Shown here piece by piece: positions 19,960 to 30,761 of a DNA stretch of 64,000 nt. The notes beneath the pieces were generated by a model. It searched no databases. It was not told the DNA's origin and saw only the letters and a program-made list of their open reading frames with translations. Each line of letters begins with the position of its first letter. Positions within the stretch are counted from its first letter, which is position 1. This stretch comes from Candidatus Latescibacterota bacterium (GTDB lineage: Bacteria > Latescibacterota > UBA2968 > UBA8231): positions 1,664,001 to 1,728,000 of the forward strand of contig CBDCXV010000010.1 in assembly GCA_965223905.1 (NCBI GenBank), read 5' to 3'. A program made the position numbers and the translations under genes.

Positions 19960-20826
19960 ATGGAATTCACCCCGCTCACCGGGCAACAGCGCGACGACTT
20001 CGAACGCGACGGCTTTCTCGTGGTGCCGCAGGCCCTGCCGCCCGCAATGGCCGGACGCCTGCTCGAGGCCTGCGACCGCCTGTACGAGCAGGGTCGGCGC
20101 GCCGATGGCATGAACGAGCGCGGCTTCTGGCAGCTGCGCAACTGCCTGCCCGAGGACGACGTCTTCCTCGAGATCCTCGACTGGCCGGCCACGGTGCCGC
20201 TCGTGGTCCAGCTTCTCAACCACAACATCCAGCTGATCACCTCCCACCTCGTGGTGAGGCCGCCGATCCCCGCGGACTCCGATTCCTCGTACGGGCGCTC
20301 GGGTTGGCACCGGGACGGCGGCACCTGTCCCTCCGATCTCGGCGCCGCGCAGCCGCGCATGTTCATCAAGATCGCCTACTGGCTCAGCGACATCAGCGAA
20401 CCGGGCCGGGGCGCCATCCGGTTGCTGCCGGGCAGCAACGACACCGGGGTCGAGCCCCCCGAAGGAGACCCGGCCGGGATCGAGGACTTCGCCATGCGCT
20501 GCCGGCCCGGGGACGCCGTGTTGTTCGAAAACCGCACCATGCACGCGGTCGGTCCCAACCTTTCCGAGGTCACGCGCAAGACCCTCTTCCTCGGGTACGG
20601 GTACCGCTGGCTGCGCCCGATGGACTACCTGCGCATGCCGGAGGAGCTGCTCGACCGCTGCGACCCGGTCCGCCGGCAGCTCCTGGGGGATTGCAGCAGC
20701 GCCATGGGCTTCCAGATCCCCGAAGCAGGTGAGGTTCCCCTGAAGGAGTGGATGCAGGAGCACACCGGCGTCGGGATCGAACGCAGCGACGAGATCCCCG
20801 CCCTCAAGGTCGGCGCCGCGCGCTAG
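19960..20826 (+). CDS. Phytanoyl-CoA dioxygenase family protein
   Basis: FERDGFLVV, GWHRD, PGDAVLFENRTMHAV. Confidence 0.85.
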   Translation: MEFTPLTGQQRDDFERDGFLVVPQALPPAMAGRLLEACDRLYEQGRRADGMNERGFWQLRNCLPEDDVFLEILDWPATVPLVVQLLNHNIQLITSHLVVRPPIPADSDSSYGRSGWHRDGGTCPSDLGAAQPRMFIKIAYWLSDISEPGRGAIRLLPGSNDTGVEPPEGDPAGIEDFAMRCRPGDAVLFENRTMHAVGPNLSEVTRKTLFLGYGYRWLRPMDYLRMPEELLDRCDPVRRQLLGDCSSAMGFQIPEAGEVPLKEWMQEHTGVGIERSDEIPALKVGAAR

Positions 20827-20841
20827 CGTCCCGGCCGAGCC

Positions 20842-21606
20842 ATGCGCTTCCGCCCCTGCATCGACCTGCGCGACGGCAGGGTCGTGCAGATCGTCGGCGA
20901 CACCCTCGACGACCCGTCGCGGGGGACGCAGACCAACTTCACCAGCCCACAGCCGCCTTCCTGGTTCGCCCGGCGCTACCGCGACGACGGGCTCTCCGGC
21001 GGACACGTGATCATGCTGGGCCCCGGAAACGAGGCGGCCGCCGCCGAGGCCCTCGAAGCCTTTCCCGGAGGGCTGCAGATCGGCGGCGGCATGAACCCCG
21101 GCAACGCCCCCGGCTGGCTGCAGCGCGGAGCGAGCGCCGTCATCGCCACCTCCTGTCTCTTCGAGAATGCCGCCTTCTGGCCTGCCCGTGCCGAACAGAT
21201 GGCCGCGGCCGTCGGCGCCGGCAACCTCGTCCTCGACCTGAGCTGCGCCGCCCGGGACGGGCGCTACTTCGTGGCCGCGGACCGCTGGCGGACCCTCACC
21301 GACTTCGAGATCACCGCAGCCAACCTCGAAAGCCTCGCCCCCTGCTGCTCGGAGTTCCTCGTGCACGCGACCCAGGTCGAGGGAAGGCAGGGGGGAATCG
21401 ACGGGGAGCTGGTGCGGCTGCTAGCCGACGCCAGTCCGCTTCCGTCTACTTATGCGGGAGGCATCGCCTGCATGGGGGACGTCGAGCTCGTCGCCGAGCT
21501 CGGACAGGGCCGCCTCGACTTCACGGTGGGCTCGGCGCTCGACCTGTTCGGGGGAACGGGGGTGAAGTACCGCGACCTCGTCGAGCAGTACGGCGGCGGC
21601 CGCTGA
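20842..21606 (+). CDS. hisA: ProFAR isomerase (HisA, His6-like type)
   Basis: MRFRPCIDLRDGRVVQIVG, GGHVIMLGPGN, LVLDLSC, EFLVHA, DFTVGSALDLFGG. Confidence 0.9.
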   Translation: MRFRPCIDLRDGRVVQIVGDTLDDPSRGTQTNFTSPQPPSWFARRYRDDGLSGGHVIMLGPGNEAAAAEALEAFPGGLQIGGGMNPGNAPGWLQRGASAVIATSCLFENAAFWPARAEQMAAAVGAGNLVLDLSCAARDGRYFVAADRWRTLTDFEITAANLESLAPCCSEFLVHATQVEGRQGGIDGELVRLLADASPLPSTYAGGIACMGDVELVAELGQGRLDFTVGSALDLFGGTGVKYRDLVEQYGGGR

Positions 21607-21827
21607 AGCGAAGGCCCTCCCGGCGCCGGGGGATTCCGGGACCGAGGCGGTTCCCAAGCGCTTGGACCGTACTACCTGACGGGTCGGGTGCATGTGCCGG
21701 AGACCGATGGCGGATTCGCCTGCCGCAATCGCCGGCGCTGCTTCCCGCGGCGAAGTCGGGCTCCGGCCGCATATCGTTTTTGTCTCTACCCACTGATGCG
21801 CCCCTGTCCTCGCTGCGGAGGTGTTTC

Positions 21828-24497
21828 ATGAAACGGATCCTCATCTCATTCACCCTGCTGCTGCTCGCCAATTCAGCTCTGTCCGCGGCCGCGCTCAAGG
21901 GCAGGGTGCGCGATGCCGAGACCGGGGAGCCCCTGCCGGGGGCGAACGTGTACCTGGAGAACGCGGACCAGGGCACCTCCACAGGTCTCGACGGGGAGTT
22001 CGAGATTCCCGGCGTCGCCGAAGGCAGCCATACCCTGGTCGCAAGCTTCATCGGATACGAGGAGTTCCGCCTCCCCCTTCTCGTAGCGGCGGGTGCCGTC
22101 GACCTGCTCGTCGAGCTGGTGCCCGAGGTGTTCCGGGGCCAGGAGATCGTCGTCGTAGCCGACCGGGCCCGGCTGCGGGAAACACCGGTCGCCTTTTCCG
22201 ACATCCCCAAGGCGGAGATGGACCGCAAGCTCGGCTCCCGGGACCTGCCGCTGATCCTCGACGACACGCCGGGTGTGTACGCCACCGGGCAGGGCGGCGG
22301 CTCCGGCGATTCCCGCATCAGCGTCAGGGGGTTCGACCAGCGCAACGTCGCCGTCATGATCAACGGCGTTCCCGTCAACGACATGGAGAACGGCTGGGTC
22401 TACTGGTCCAACTTCGACGGGCTCGGGGACGCGACGTCGTCGATCCAGGTGCAGCGGGGACTGGGGGCCTCGAACCTCGCCATCGCCTCGGTCGGGGGCA
22501 CCCTCAACATCATCACCGACATCGCCGGGGCGAGGCGCGGATTCCAGGTCAGGCAGGAGGCGGGGAGCAACGCCTTCTACAAGACCAGGGTGGGCCTTTC
22601 CTCCGGGTTGATGAACGGAAGAACCGCCTTCGCTCTCGGGCTGACGCGCAAGACCGGCGACGGCCTTCCCGATCAGGCATGGGCATCGGCCTGGTCTTAT
22701 TTCGGTGCCCTGAGCTTCCTGGCTTCCGACACGCACAAGATCGATCTGTTCGTCGCCGGCGCCCCGCAGCGGCACGGACAGCGCCTCTACAAGCAGCCGA
22801 TCGCCACCTTCGATGGCGACTACGCCCGCTCCCTGGGGATCGACACCACGGACTCGGAAAGCCGCGGCGCAACCTACAATCCCAACTGGGGGCGGTCGCC
22901 GTTTCCGTCCTACCGGGAGCACTACAACGGCAAGCTCCACGACGCGCGCGACAGCGCCGTCATCATGGAGCGCGAGAACTACTACCACAAGCCGCAGGTC
23001 AACCTCAACTGGTACTGGACGCCCGGGGAGCAGCTGATCCTGTCCAACGTCTTCTACTTTTCCCGCGGCAAGGGGGGCGGCACCGGGCGCCTGGGATCCA
23101 ACCCCGGCCAGCTGGCCGACGGCAGCATCGACTGGCAGCGGGTCGCGGACGAGCTCAACACCCGGACCGCGGCGGAAGCGGATCCCGACCTGGTGGATGC
23201 AGGGGAAGTGGGGGAAAGCGAAATCGCCGCGCAAACCGTCCTCCGCAATTCGGCCAACCACCACTTCTGGTACGGATACCTGGGGACGGCCGAATACCGT
23301 CTGAGCAGGGCCTTCAAGCTGGCGTTCGGCGCGGACCTGCGATACTACCAGGGCCAGCACTGGCGCGAGCTGCGCAACCTTCTCGGCGCCGACTACTTCG
23401 TCTATCCCTGGGACGCCAACGCCGTGACTTCGGTCAAGCGGCTCGGAGACAAGGTCTCCTACCACAACGACGGCCTGACGCGCTGGGGCGGCGGTTTCGC
23501 GCAGCTCGAGGGGCGGTTCAACGACCTGACCGCGTTTTTGAGCACCTCGGGATCGGCAACCGGATACAAACGCATCGACTATTTCCGCCCCAAGGTCGGC
23601 GGCGAGTGGGATCAGACCAGCTGGGCGAATTTCACTGGCTACACCGTGAAGCTGGGAGGCAACTACAACCTGACCCCGGCGGTCAATCTGTATGCCAATG
23701 CCGGCTGGCTGTCGGCGGCGCCGAAGTTCGACTCCGTCTACCACTACGACAACAGCCTGTACGACCCGACGTTCAACGAGAAGGTCGCATCCTTCGAGCT
23801 GGGGGCCGGTTACCTCGAGCGCGGCCGCTTGACCGGCAACGCGAACCTCTACTACACCCGCTGGATGGACCGCTCCTGGCCCAAGAGCATCTACAGCGAC
23901 AAGCTCGACCAGAGCTTCCGGTTTCTCCTCAACGGCATCGACGCCCTGCACAAAGGGGTCGAGCTCGACCTCAAGGCGCGTCTCCACTCGATGCTCGAGC
24001 TGCGCGGCATGGTATCGCTGGGCGACTGGGAATGGCTCAACGACGTCGACGTCACCTTCTCACCCGAAGAGGATCCGGAAGCGATCGGCAGCTTCCAGAT
24101 CCATTCCAGGGGGCTGAAGGTCGGCGACTCGGCGCAGAAGACACTGGCCCTGAGCGCCGCGCTGTTTCCCGCGCGCGGCCTCTATGCCTCGCTGGGCTTC
24201 AGGCGGTTCATGGATCACTACGCCCGGTTCGATCCGGCCAACCGCACCGACCCCGGCGACCGCAGGCAGTCCTGGAAACTGCCGGACTACAACCTCGTCG
24301 ACCTGCACGCGAGCTGCAGGCTGCCCGGCGATGCCTTCGGCAACGGCAGGGCGAGGTTGCGTTTGCACGTCTTCAACCTGCTCGACGAGCTCTACGTGTC
24401 CGACGCGGACGACGGGGACGGGCACGATGCGGCGAGCGCCCTGGTGTTCCTCGGGCTGCCGCGGCGCTGGAACATCTCACTGTCGTACGAGTACTGA
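21828..24497 (+). CDS. TonB-dependent receptor with N-terminal carboxypeptidase-regulatory-like domain
   Basis: Signal peptide, GRVRDAETGEPLPGANV, plug SVRGFDQRNVAVMINGVP, C-terminal GLPRRWNISLSYEY; GGAGG RBS. Confidence 0.9.
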   Translation: MKRILISFTLLLLANSALSAAALKGRVRDAETGEPLPGANVYLENADQGTSTGLDGEFEIPGVAEGSHTLVASFIGYEEFRLPLLVAAGAVDLLVELVPEVFRGQEIVVVADRARLRETPVAFSDIPKAEMDRKLGSRDLPLILDDTPGVYATGQGGGSGDSRISVRGFDQRNVAVMINGVPVNDMENGWVYWSNFDGLGDATSSIQVQRGLGASNLAIASVGGTLNIITDIAGARRGFQVRQEAGSNAFYKTRVGLSSGLMNGRTAFALGLTRKTGDGLPDQAWASAWSYFGALSFLASDTHKIDLFVAGAPQRHGQRLYKQPIATFDGDYARSLGIDTTDSESRGATYNPNWGRSPFPSYREHYNGKLHDARDSAVIMERENYYHKPQVNLNWYWTPGEQLILSNVFYFSRGKGGGTGRLGSNPGQLADGSIDWQRVADELNTRTAAEADPDLVDAGEVGESEIAAQTVLRNSANHHFWYGYLGTAEYRLSRAFKLAFGADLRYYQGQHWRELRNLLGADYFVYPWDANAVTSVKRLGDKVSYHNDGLTRWGGGFAQLEGRFNDLTAFLSTSGSATGYKRIDYFRPKVGGEWDQTSWANFTGYTVKLGGNYNLTPAVNLYANAGWLSAAPKFDSVYHYDNSLYDPTFNEKVASFELGAGYLERGRLTGNANLYYTRWMDRSWPKSIYSDKLDQSFRFLLNGIDALHKGVELDLKARLHSMLELRGMVSLGDWEWLNDVDVTFSPEEDPEAIGSFQIHSRGLKVGDSAQKTLALSAALFPARGLYASLGFRRFMDHYARFDPANRTDPGDRRQSWKLPDYNLVDLHASCRLPGDAFGNGRARLRLHVFNLLDELYVSDADDGDGHDAASALVFLGLPRRWNISLSYEY

Positions 24498-24525
24498 GGC
24501 CAGAATCCGCAGAAGGAGTGCTCCC

Positions 24526-24909
24526 ATGGCACTGATTTTTCTAGCCATCGACATCGCCAACCCCGCCCGCTCCGAACACTTCCATACCGAACGTTTCCTC
24601 GTTGACTCGGGCGCCGTCTATTCGGTCGTCCCGCAGCAGGTCCTCGACGCCCTGGGAATCCGGCCGCACTCTCGCCGGACCTTTACCCTGGCCAATGGCG
24701 ACGAGATCGAACGCCAATTGGGGGATGCGCTGTTTCGCTACAAGGAACAGCGGGGGGCCGCGCCGGTAATCTTCGGGGAACCCGGGGACAGCAATCTTCT
24801 CGGCGTGGTCACACTCGAAGCTTTGGGGTACGTGCTGGATCCCCTGAAACGAGAGCTGCGTGCGCTGCCGATGCTGTTGGCAGGGCAGGAAAGTGAGGAG
24901 CGGGGGTAG
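24526..24909 (+). CDS. Clan AA aspartyl protease family protein
   Basis: FLVDSGA, NLLGVVTLEALG; AAGGAG RBS. Confidence 0.82.
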   Translation: MALIFLAIDIANPARSEHFHTERFLVDSGAVYSVVPQQVLDALGIRPHSRRTFTLANGDEIERQLGDALFRYKEQRGAAPVIFGEPGDSNLLGVVTLEALGYVLDPLKRELRALPMLLAGQESEERG

Positions 24910-25011
24910 TCGGGGCGCAGGAATTGCGCGACTCCAAGTCGAGAGCGGAACCGAGGTTTTCGGGATCGGCTTCCCGATGCTCAACCGAAGCCTGACCCGC
25001 CAGTTGCGGGG

Positions 25012-26367
25012 TCAGTGCCCCCCGCCGCCGCCCCAGAGCTGGAACAGGTTGAACCCGGTGAACATCGTCACCGCCCAGATCGTGGCCATCAACCCCAGCT
25101 CGATCGACATCGGCATGCGCACGCGCCCGTCGAGACGCATGGCGAGGTGCAGTACGCCGAACGCCAGCGGGATCAGCAGCAGGTTGTTGCAGTTGGCCCC
25201 GATCCGGAGAAGCAGGAACGGCGTCTTCGCATAGACCAGCTCGCCGATCAGCCAGAGCAGCGGGATGCCGATCTGCAGCACTCGCAGCAGGCGCATCCGC
25301 TGCTCGCGCGTCTCCGGCGCCACCGCCCCGGTCTGGCGCAGGAAATCGAGCATGATCCGCCCGGAGCTGGCGGCGAACACCAGCAGCGTCGAGAACAGGG
25401 TGCAGAAGGCGCCGAACATGAAGAGGTTCTTCGCCCATCCGCCCAGGGACTCGGTGAATATCAGCGATACGTTGTCGACGACCTCGTAGCCCTCGGGTAC
25501 CACCTCGAGCTTGTTGAGGATCGACGCCCCCAGCAGGTAGTAGGCGCAGGTGATGACGACGGCGATTCCGGTGCAGACGCCGGCGTCGACCGCAACCACC
25601 CGCATCCAGCCGCGGTAGCGCTCGCGCCACTCCGGGGAATCGTCGCGCGGCCCTATGAACTGCGGGTACCCCTTCTCCCTGATCCAGTAGGGATACATGA
25701 ACAGCTCGACCGCGGTGGCCCCGACCGAGCCCATCACCGCCAGCGCGGTGAAGGCCCCTTCGACCGGCATGGCGAGTCGCAGCCCCGAGGCGATCTGCCC
25801 CCCGGTGATGGCGTGCTCCGTGCCCTGCAGGGCGAGGACGCAGAAGATGACGACGAGGCTGAAGGCGGCGACCAGGAAGGAGACCATCTTCTCCAGGTCT
25901 TCGTAGAGGCCGCGGTAGAGCAGGACGCTCAGCAGCGCGAAGATGACGCAGTTCCACGTCCACTTGGGAAGCCACGGGAACACCGAGCTCATCATCCCGC
26001 CCACCGAGCCCAGGATGCCGACGAGGGCAACCATGACGCCGAGGAAGCCGGCGATGCACAGCCAGGCGTTCCAGGAGGTGTCGCGCAGCCTGAACCCCCT
26101 GACCCGGTCGAGCGACTGGATGGTGGTCTCGTCCTTGAGCAGGCACTGCCTGCCGAGCTCGAGCTGGATGAAATACTTGATCACCGAGGCGACGATGACC
26201 CCCCACAGGAACACGAAGCCGACCTCGGCCCCCATGCGCGTGGTCACCAGCAGCTCCCCGGAGCCGACCACCGATCCGGAGACGACGATCCCGGGGCCGA
26301 TGTTGCGCAGCAGGCCGCCGAAGCCTCGGGGCGCTTCCCTGATTTGGTGTGACGATTCGTTGTCCAT
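25012..26367 (-). CDS. Nramp-family transporter
   Basis: IGPGIVVSGSVVGSGEL motif, many TM segments. Confidence 0.8.
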   Translation of the reverse strand: MDNESSHQIREAPRGFGGLLRNIGPGIVVSGSVVGSGELLVTTRMGAEVGFVFLWGVIVASVIKYFIQLELGRQCLLKDETTIQSLDRVRGFRLRDTSWNAWLCIAGFLGVMVALVGILGSVGGMMSSVFPWLPKWTWNCVIFALLSVLLYRGLYEDLEKMVSFLVAAFSLVVIFCVLALQGTEHAITGGQIASGLRLAMPVEGAFTALAVMGSVGATAVELFMYPYWIREKGYPQFIGPRDDSPEWRERYRGWMRVVAVDAGVCTGIAVVITCAYYLLGASILNKLEVVPEGYEVVDNVSLIFTESLGGWAKNLFMFGAFCTLFSTLLVFAASSGRIMLDFLRQTGAVAPETREQRMRLLRVLQIGIPLLWLIGELVYAKTPFLLLRIGANCNNLLLIPLAFGVLHLAMRLDGRVRMPMSIELGLMATIWAVTMFTGFNLFQLWGGGGGH

Positions 26368-26393
26368 AAGCGTTTGATTTTCCCCGGGTTAGG

Positions 26394-26870
26394 TCATGAG
26401 CCGTCGCGGCTGCGGGCTCTCAGCATGTCGACGATGCGCTTTGCCCGCCGGCGAATGAACCAGGCGACCAGGACTCCAATGAGGACCGTGGATACCCACA
26501 CGGCCTGGAAAAGAAGACCATCTGCAGCTGCCGAAACGATCACGGCGGCGAACCAGCCGAGAAACAGCCAGCCTGTCCAGCGGACAAAGCCGGATTGCCG
26601 GGCACCGTGCGGAAGGGGGTCCGCCGACTCGACAAGGTCGCGTCGGATCTGCCCGATTTCCTCCCTGAACATGGCGGGAGCTTCGAGATGGCCCCAGCCG
26701 CGGTGGTTCTGGAAGACCCCCGCGTACGCTGCGTCGCGATACGATTTCAACAAGTGGGGGATGTTGCGGCTCTGAAGCTCCGATTCCACCCGGCGCGCTT
26801 CGAGCTCGTTTTCGAAGGTCGCCAGTCTGACGAAACCGGCCGGGGGTGTGCGCAGCTGATTTTCGGTCAT
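26394..26870 (-). CDS. DUF2007-like membrane protein
   Basis: LATFENELEARRVESELQSRNIPH...DAAYAG; two C-terminal TM segments. Confidence 0.6.
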   Translation of the reverse strand: MTENQLRTPPAGFVRLATFENELEARRVESELQSRNIPHLLKSYRDAAYAGVFQNHRGWGHLEAPAMFREEIGQIRRDLVESADPLPHGARQSGFVRWTGWLFLGWFAAVIVSAAADGLLFQAVWVSTVLIGVLVAWFIRRRAKRIVDMLRARSRDGS

Positions 26871-26931
26871 ATCCGACTCGGGCAACAAATGGCTGGGCGA
26901 GCCGGTAACCTAGGGGAATGGGTATCCCCTC

Positions 26932-27757
26932 TCAACCGGTCGGGGACGCGGCCAGCCGCCGCAGCTCGCGGGCGTGCTGGGCGAGAACGGCTTCGGCATC
27001 GCAGCCGCTACCGGGGCGGTGTATCACCTCAGACCGACACGTACCCTTCGAAGCCGGCGCGGCGCAGCAGCTGCAGGGGGCTGGAATGGTCGATCTCCCC
27101 GCCGCCGAGGCGGTCGAGCAGCTGCAGCCTGCCGTCGACGCAGCGGCCGTCGTGGGCGTGGGCGTGGCGGGTGAGCATGCCGACGGCGAGGAAGGACTCG
27201 GCCGGGGTCTCCATCATCCGCTGGGGATGCATGAAATCCCAGAGCACTTGCAGGCCGGGGTCATCCACCGCTTCGATCACGGCGCGCACCGGCGCGGTGG
27301 CGGACCAGTCGTCGTGGGTCTCCAGCAGCAGGGTGACGCCGGCGTCGCGGGCATGGTCCACCACCTGCCTGTAGCCGGCGGCGACGTAGTCGACCACCGC
27401 GGGCCATTCCGCGTCGCGGTCGCGGCGGCCGCCGAAGGTGCGCACCAGGCCGCACCCGAGGTCCGCGGCGAGATCGAGGTAGCGCCGCAGGTCCTCGATG
27501 TGGCCGGCGCGCTCTGAGGCATCCGGCTCCGCCATGCGAACCCCGGTGGCCAGGCAGCAGATCTCGAGTCCCTCGGAGGCGAGCAGGTCCCGGGTCTCGC
27601 GGCGGCCCCCCGCAGGCAGGTCCGCCTCGATGCCGCAGAGGTGCCCCCATTCGACGCGCGGCTCGAAACCGGTGTAGCCGTACTCTCTCATGGCGCCGGC
27701 AATCTCGCCGAGGGTCCAGTCGGGACAAACGCTGCTCATGAAGGCGAGCTTGATCAT
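26932..27757 (-). CDS. Sugar phosphate isomerase/epimerase (AP2/TIM barrel), frameshift at ~27030
   Basis: GYTGFEPR, LLLETHD, LWDFMHP, HAHAHD; removing one T restores GYVSVEVIH...TG*. Confidence 0.8.
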
Positions 27758-27881
27758 GGATTTTGCAGTTCAACTCCACATACCGGGGTGAAGGTCGCCC
27801 TGCCGGCGAGACTGGCAACCGGCGCGACGAAGGTAGGCCACCTCGGGCGGAAATGCAGGCCCCTCCCCTGGCACAGGTCTC

Positions 27882-28587
27882 TCAGGCGGCCTCGGCGAAC
27901 AGCTGCGCCCTGCCGCGCCTGCCGACCACCTCGAGGGCGCCCATCTTCTTGAGGCAATAGGTGAGTTTCCCCGCCAGCCCCAGGGAGTACGATGTGCTCT
28001 CGGCGAACTCCCGGTTGGTGAACGGCCTCTTCAGCTGCGCCGGAACGAAGTCGAGGAAATCGGCCGGCTGCGCGAAAATCCGGCGCTCCACCACCTCGAG
28101 CAGACGGCGGTCGCGGCGCGTCCATTCGCGGTGGCGCCAACTGCCCCGGCCGTCGTAGCAGCGCACCTCCTCCTCCTGAATCATCAGCACCTCGATGCTG
28201 AACGAGTCCCTGCTCACCAGGTCGGGAATACTGACGAGCTGCTCGAAAATGTGGGCGGCCATCCCCCGCTTCGGGGACTTGCGCCGGCCGATCACGGTCT
28301 CCTCGTCGGCGGCGAGCCGCAGGATCCACTTTTCGCGGGGGATCGGGTGAACCAGCCTGACCTCGTACTCCTCGGTCAGGCGCCGCAGCTTGCGCTTGAG
28401 AGGGGCGAAGCCGCGGGTCTGGATCTCGATCAGCAGCTGCCCGTCGCGGACGATGCTGCCGTCGCGGACGATGTCGACGACGTAGCCGCCCACCCTTTCC
28501 TCGAGCAGGTCGCCGGGAAGGGCGTACCACTGTTTCACCGAGGCGTGGAGCGAGCGCTCCCGGAGGATGCCGATATGTTCGGACACG
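27882..28587 (-). CDS. Conserved hypothetical PD-(D/E)XK nuclease-like protein
   Basis: ERSLHASVKQWY, GYVVDIVR...IEIQTRGF. Confidence 0.6.
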
Positions 28588-28805
28588 GAGTTCCCTGCGC
28601 GGTGGTTCGCGTCGGGAGGAGATGCGGTGGGGAAGCGCGGCGTTCGGCAGGGGATGCCGAGGGGTTTCAAATGTACCGACGGCCGGTCGGGGCCGCCACG
28701 GGATTTGGGAGTTACTTATGGAGCCTCGGGCAAGGGCAATGGCGAGGGGGCGATCTTCATACAAATACAGCTGTATCCCCCGGCGTTGAAATTTGTGGGC
28801 TTTTG

Positions 28806-29132
28806 TTATAGCTCATCGAGTGTGAGATCACGTCCTTCTTTTTTTGCAGTGAGCCACCGCTCAAAGGATCGCTTGCTTTCCCCTGAAGGCTGTCCAGTCA
28901 TCAGGTTCTCCACGCTGATATCCTCGTCGAGATCCTTCCAGTGGATGTGCTGCCCGTCGCCGATCAGCTCCCAGTGGTTTCGTTCTTCCTGCGTTGCGTG
29001 AACGAGCCTGGGATACCAAGTCAGCGGGACGGAGATACTGCGTCCGTCAGCCAACTCCGCTGTCAGTGTATCGTCGGTAGCTCGGATGCAAGTGGCCTTG
29101 GGTAATTCCAGTTCAATGGTCAAAGAAGTCAT
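28806..29132 (-). CDS. DUF2442 protein (putative antitoxin)
   Basis: LADGRSISVPLTWYPRLVHAT...IHWKDLDEDISVENL. Confidence 0.85.
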   Translation of the reverse strand: MTSLTIELELPKATCIRATDDTLTAELADGRSISVPLTWYPRLVHATQEERNHWELIGDGQHIHWKDLDEDISVENLMTGQPSGESKRSFERWLTAKKEGRDLTLDEL

Positions 29133-29349
29133 GCCACGCCTCCAAAAATGCTGTTTGATTCTGTCGTACGATCCTCTGAATGCGCTGAATTTCCGTTGTG
29201 TCGAAGCTACCTGCCTTCTGCAGAACAACGGGTTCCAACCAAAACTTGGCGAATTGCCGATCTCGCCTGACATGTACATGCGGAGGTTCGGCTTGGTCCC
29301 CGGAAAGAAAGTAAAATTGATACGGTCCGCTTCTCAGTATAGTCGGCAT
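29113..29349 (-). CDS. DUF4160 protein (putative toxin)
   Basis: MPTILRSGPYQFYF...EPPHVHV...AKFWLEP. Confidence 0.85.
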   Translation of the reverse strand: MPTILRSGPYQFYFLSGDQAEPPHVHVRRDRQFAKFWLEPVVLQKAGSFDTTEIQRIQRIVRQNQTAFLEAWHDFFDH

Positions 29350-29582
29350 GATTCCCGATGTATGTATCCAAACTTTACCCGAATCCCAAGGTCAAAGTAA
29401 CTTCGATCAACCTCCCGGGGCAACGCGCTGGAGGAAGGAAGCCGACGGGTTGGTGGGACTCCCGACAGACATTCCGAGGTTTGCCATCTGTTCATGACTG
29501 TTTTCAGGTTGACCCTGAAATACTCATGAGTAAATTAAAGTATTACCTGAAACACTAACGCCAATATGGAACCGGGAAAAGG

Positions 29583-30722
29583 ATGGAGCCGCGCTACATC
29601 AGGGACCATATCGAAGCGGATCTCGCGAATCGGATGGTGTTCATCGGCGGGCCGCGCCAGGTTGGAAAAACCACCCTTGCCCTTTCTCTGCTCGGACCTA
29701 GCAGGAACGAGTCGTCCCCCGCTTACCTCAACTGGGACGTGCTTTCCGATCGCGAGGATATCCTGGCGGAACGCCTGCCCTCCGGCCAGCCCCGCATCAT
29801 TTTCGACGAGATCCACAAGTTCGCGCGCTGGCGAAACCTGGTGAAGGGGCTGTTCGACAAGAACAGAACCTCCATTTCCTTCATCGTCGCCGGATCGGCG
29901 CGTCTCGACTACTACCGCAAGGGCGGGGATTCCCTGCAGGGGCGGTATCACTATTTCCGGCTGCATCCTTTCACGGCGACGGAGTACGGGACGGCTCCGG
30001 ATCAGGCGCTGACGGAGCAGCTGCTCAGGTTCGGCGGTTTCCCCGAGCCTTTTCTGAGGGGGGAGGTGCGCTTTCATCGCCGCTGGCAGCGCGAGCATTC
30101 CTCGAGAATCATCCACGAGGACCTCCGCGACCTGGAGAACGTCAGGGAGATTTCGATGCTGGATCTCCTGCTGTCTCACCTGCCGGCGTGCGTGGGCTCC
30201 CCGCTTTCCGTCAACAGCCTCGCCAGGCTGCTGCAGGCGTCGCACGAATCCGTCGAACGCTGGCTGGCGATCTTCGAAAGGATGTACCTCTGCTACCGCA
30301 TTCCACCGTTCGGGGGGAAGAGAATCAGGGCGGTCCGCAAGGAAAGGAAGCTCTACTTCTGGGACTGGTCGCGCGTTCCCGACCGCGGCGCCCGGTTCGA
30401 GAACATGGTGGCCGGCCACCTCCTCAAATACTGCCACTTCGTCGAGGACACGGAAGGATACGGGATGGAGCTGCGCTTCATTCGCGATACCGACAAGCGC
30501 GAGGTGGACTTCGTCGTTCTCCGCGACGGAGCTGCCGAGTTCGCCGTCGAGTGCAAGAGCGGCGAGCAGAGCACCTCCCCGGCATGCCGGTACTTCAGGG
30601 AGCGGACGGATATCCCGCGGTTCTACCAGGTTCACCTGGGCGAGAGGGACTTCGGCAACGAAAAAACCGGTACGCGGGTACTGCCGTTCTCCACGTTCTG
30701 CCGCGAAGCCGGCCTGCCCTGA
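29583..30722 (+). CDS. AAA_14 ATPase with DUF4143
   Basis: GPRQVGKT, IFDEIH, GSA, SLQGR, KLYFWD, FENMV, EVDFVV...ECK. Confidence 0.88.
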   Translation: MEPRYIRDHIEADLANRMVFIGGPRQVGKTTLALSLLGPSRNESSPAYLNWDVLSDREDILAERLPSGQPRIIFDEIHKFARWRNLVKGLFDKNRTSISFIVAGSARLDYYRKGGDSLQGRYHYFRLHPFTATEYGTAPDQALTEQLLRFGGFPEPFLRGEVRFHRRWQREHSSRIIHEDLRDLENVREISMLDLLLSHLPACVGSPLSVNSLARLLQASHESVERWLAIFERMYLCYRIPPFGGKRIRAVRKERKLYFWDWSRVPDRGARFENMVAGHLLKYCHFVEDTEGYGMELRFIRDTDKREVDFVVLRDGAAEFAVECKSGEQSTSPACRYFRERTDIPRFYQVHLGERDFGNEKTGTRVLPFSTFCREAGLP

Positions 30723-30761
30723 CAGCCCTCACATCAGACCCGAAATCAAGGACATGCGAAG

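Noticed and set aside
21607-21827. Cobalamin or other riboswitch upstream of the TonB receptor
   Set aside because: GC-rich hairpins are possible, but I could not find the conserved cobalamin or TPP elements.
20748-21827. N-terminal extension of the TonB receptor (1249-aa ORF)
   Set aside because: Overlaps hisA in another frame; RBS and signal peptide place the start at 21828.
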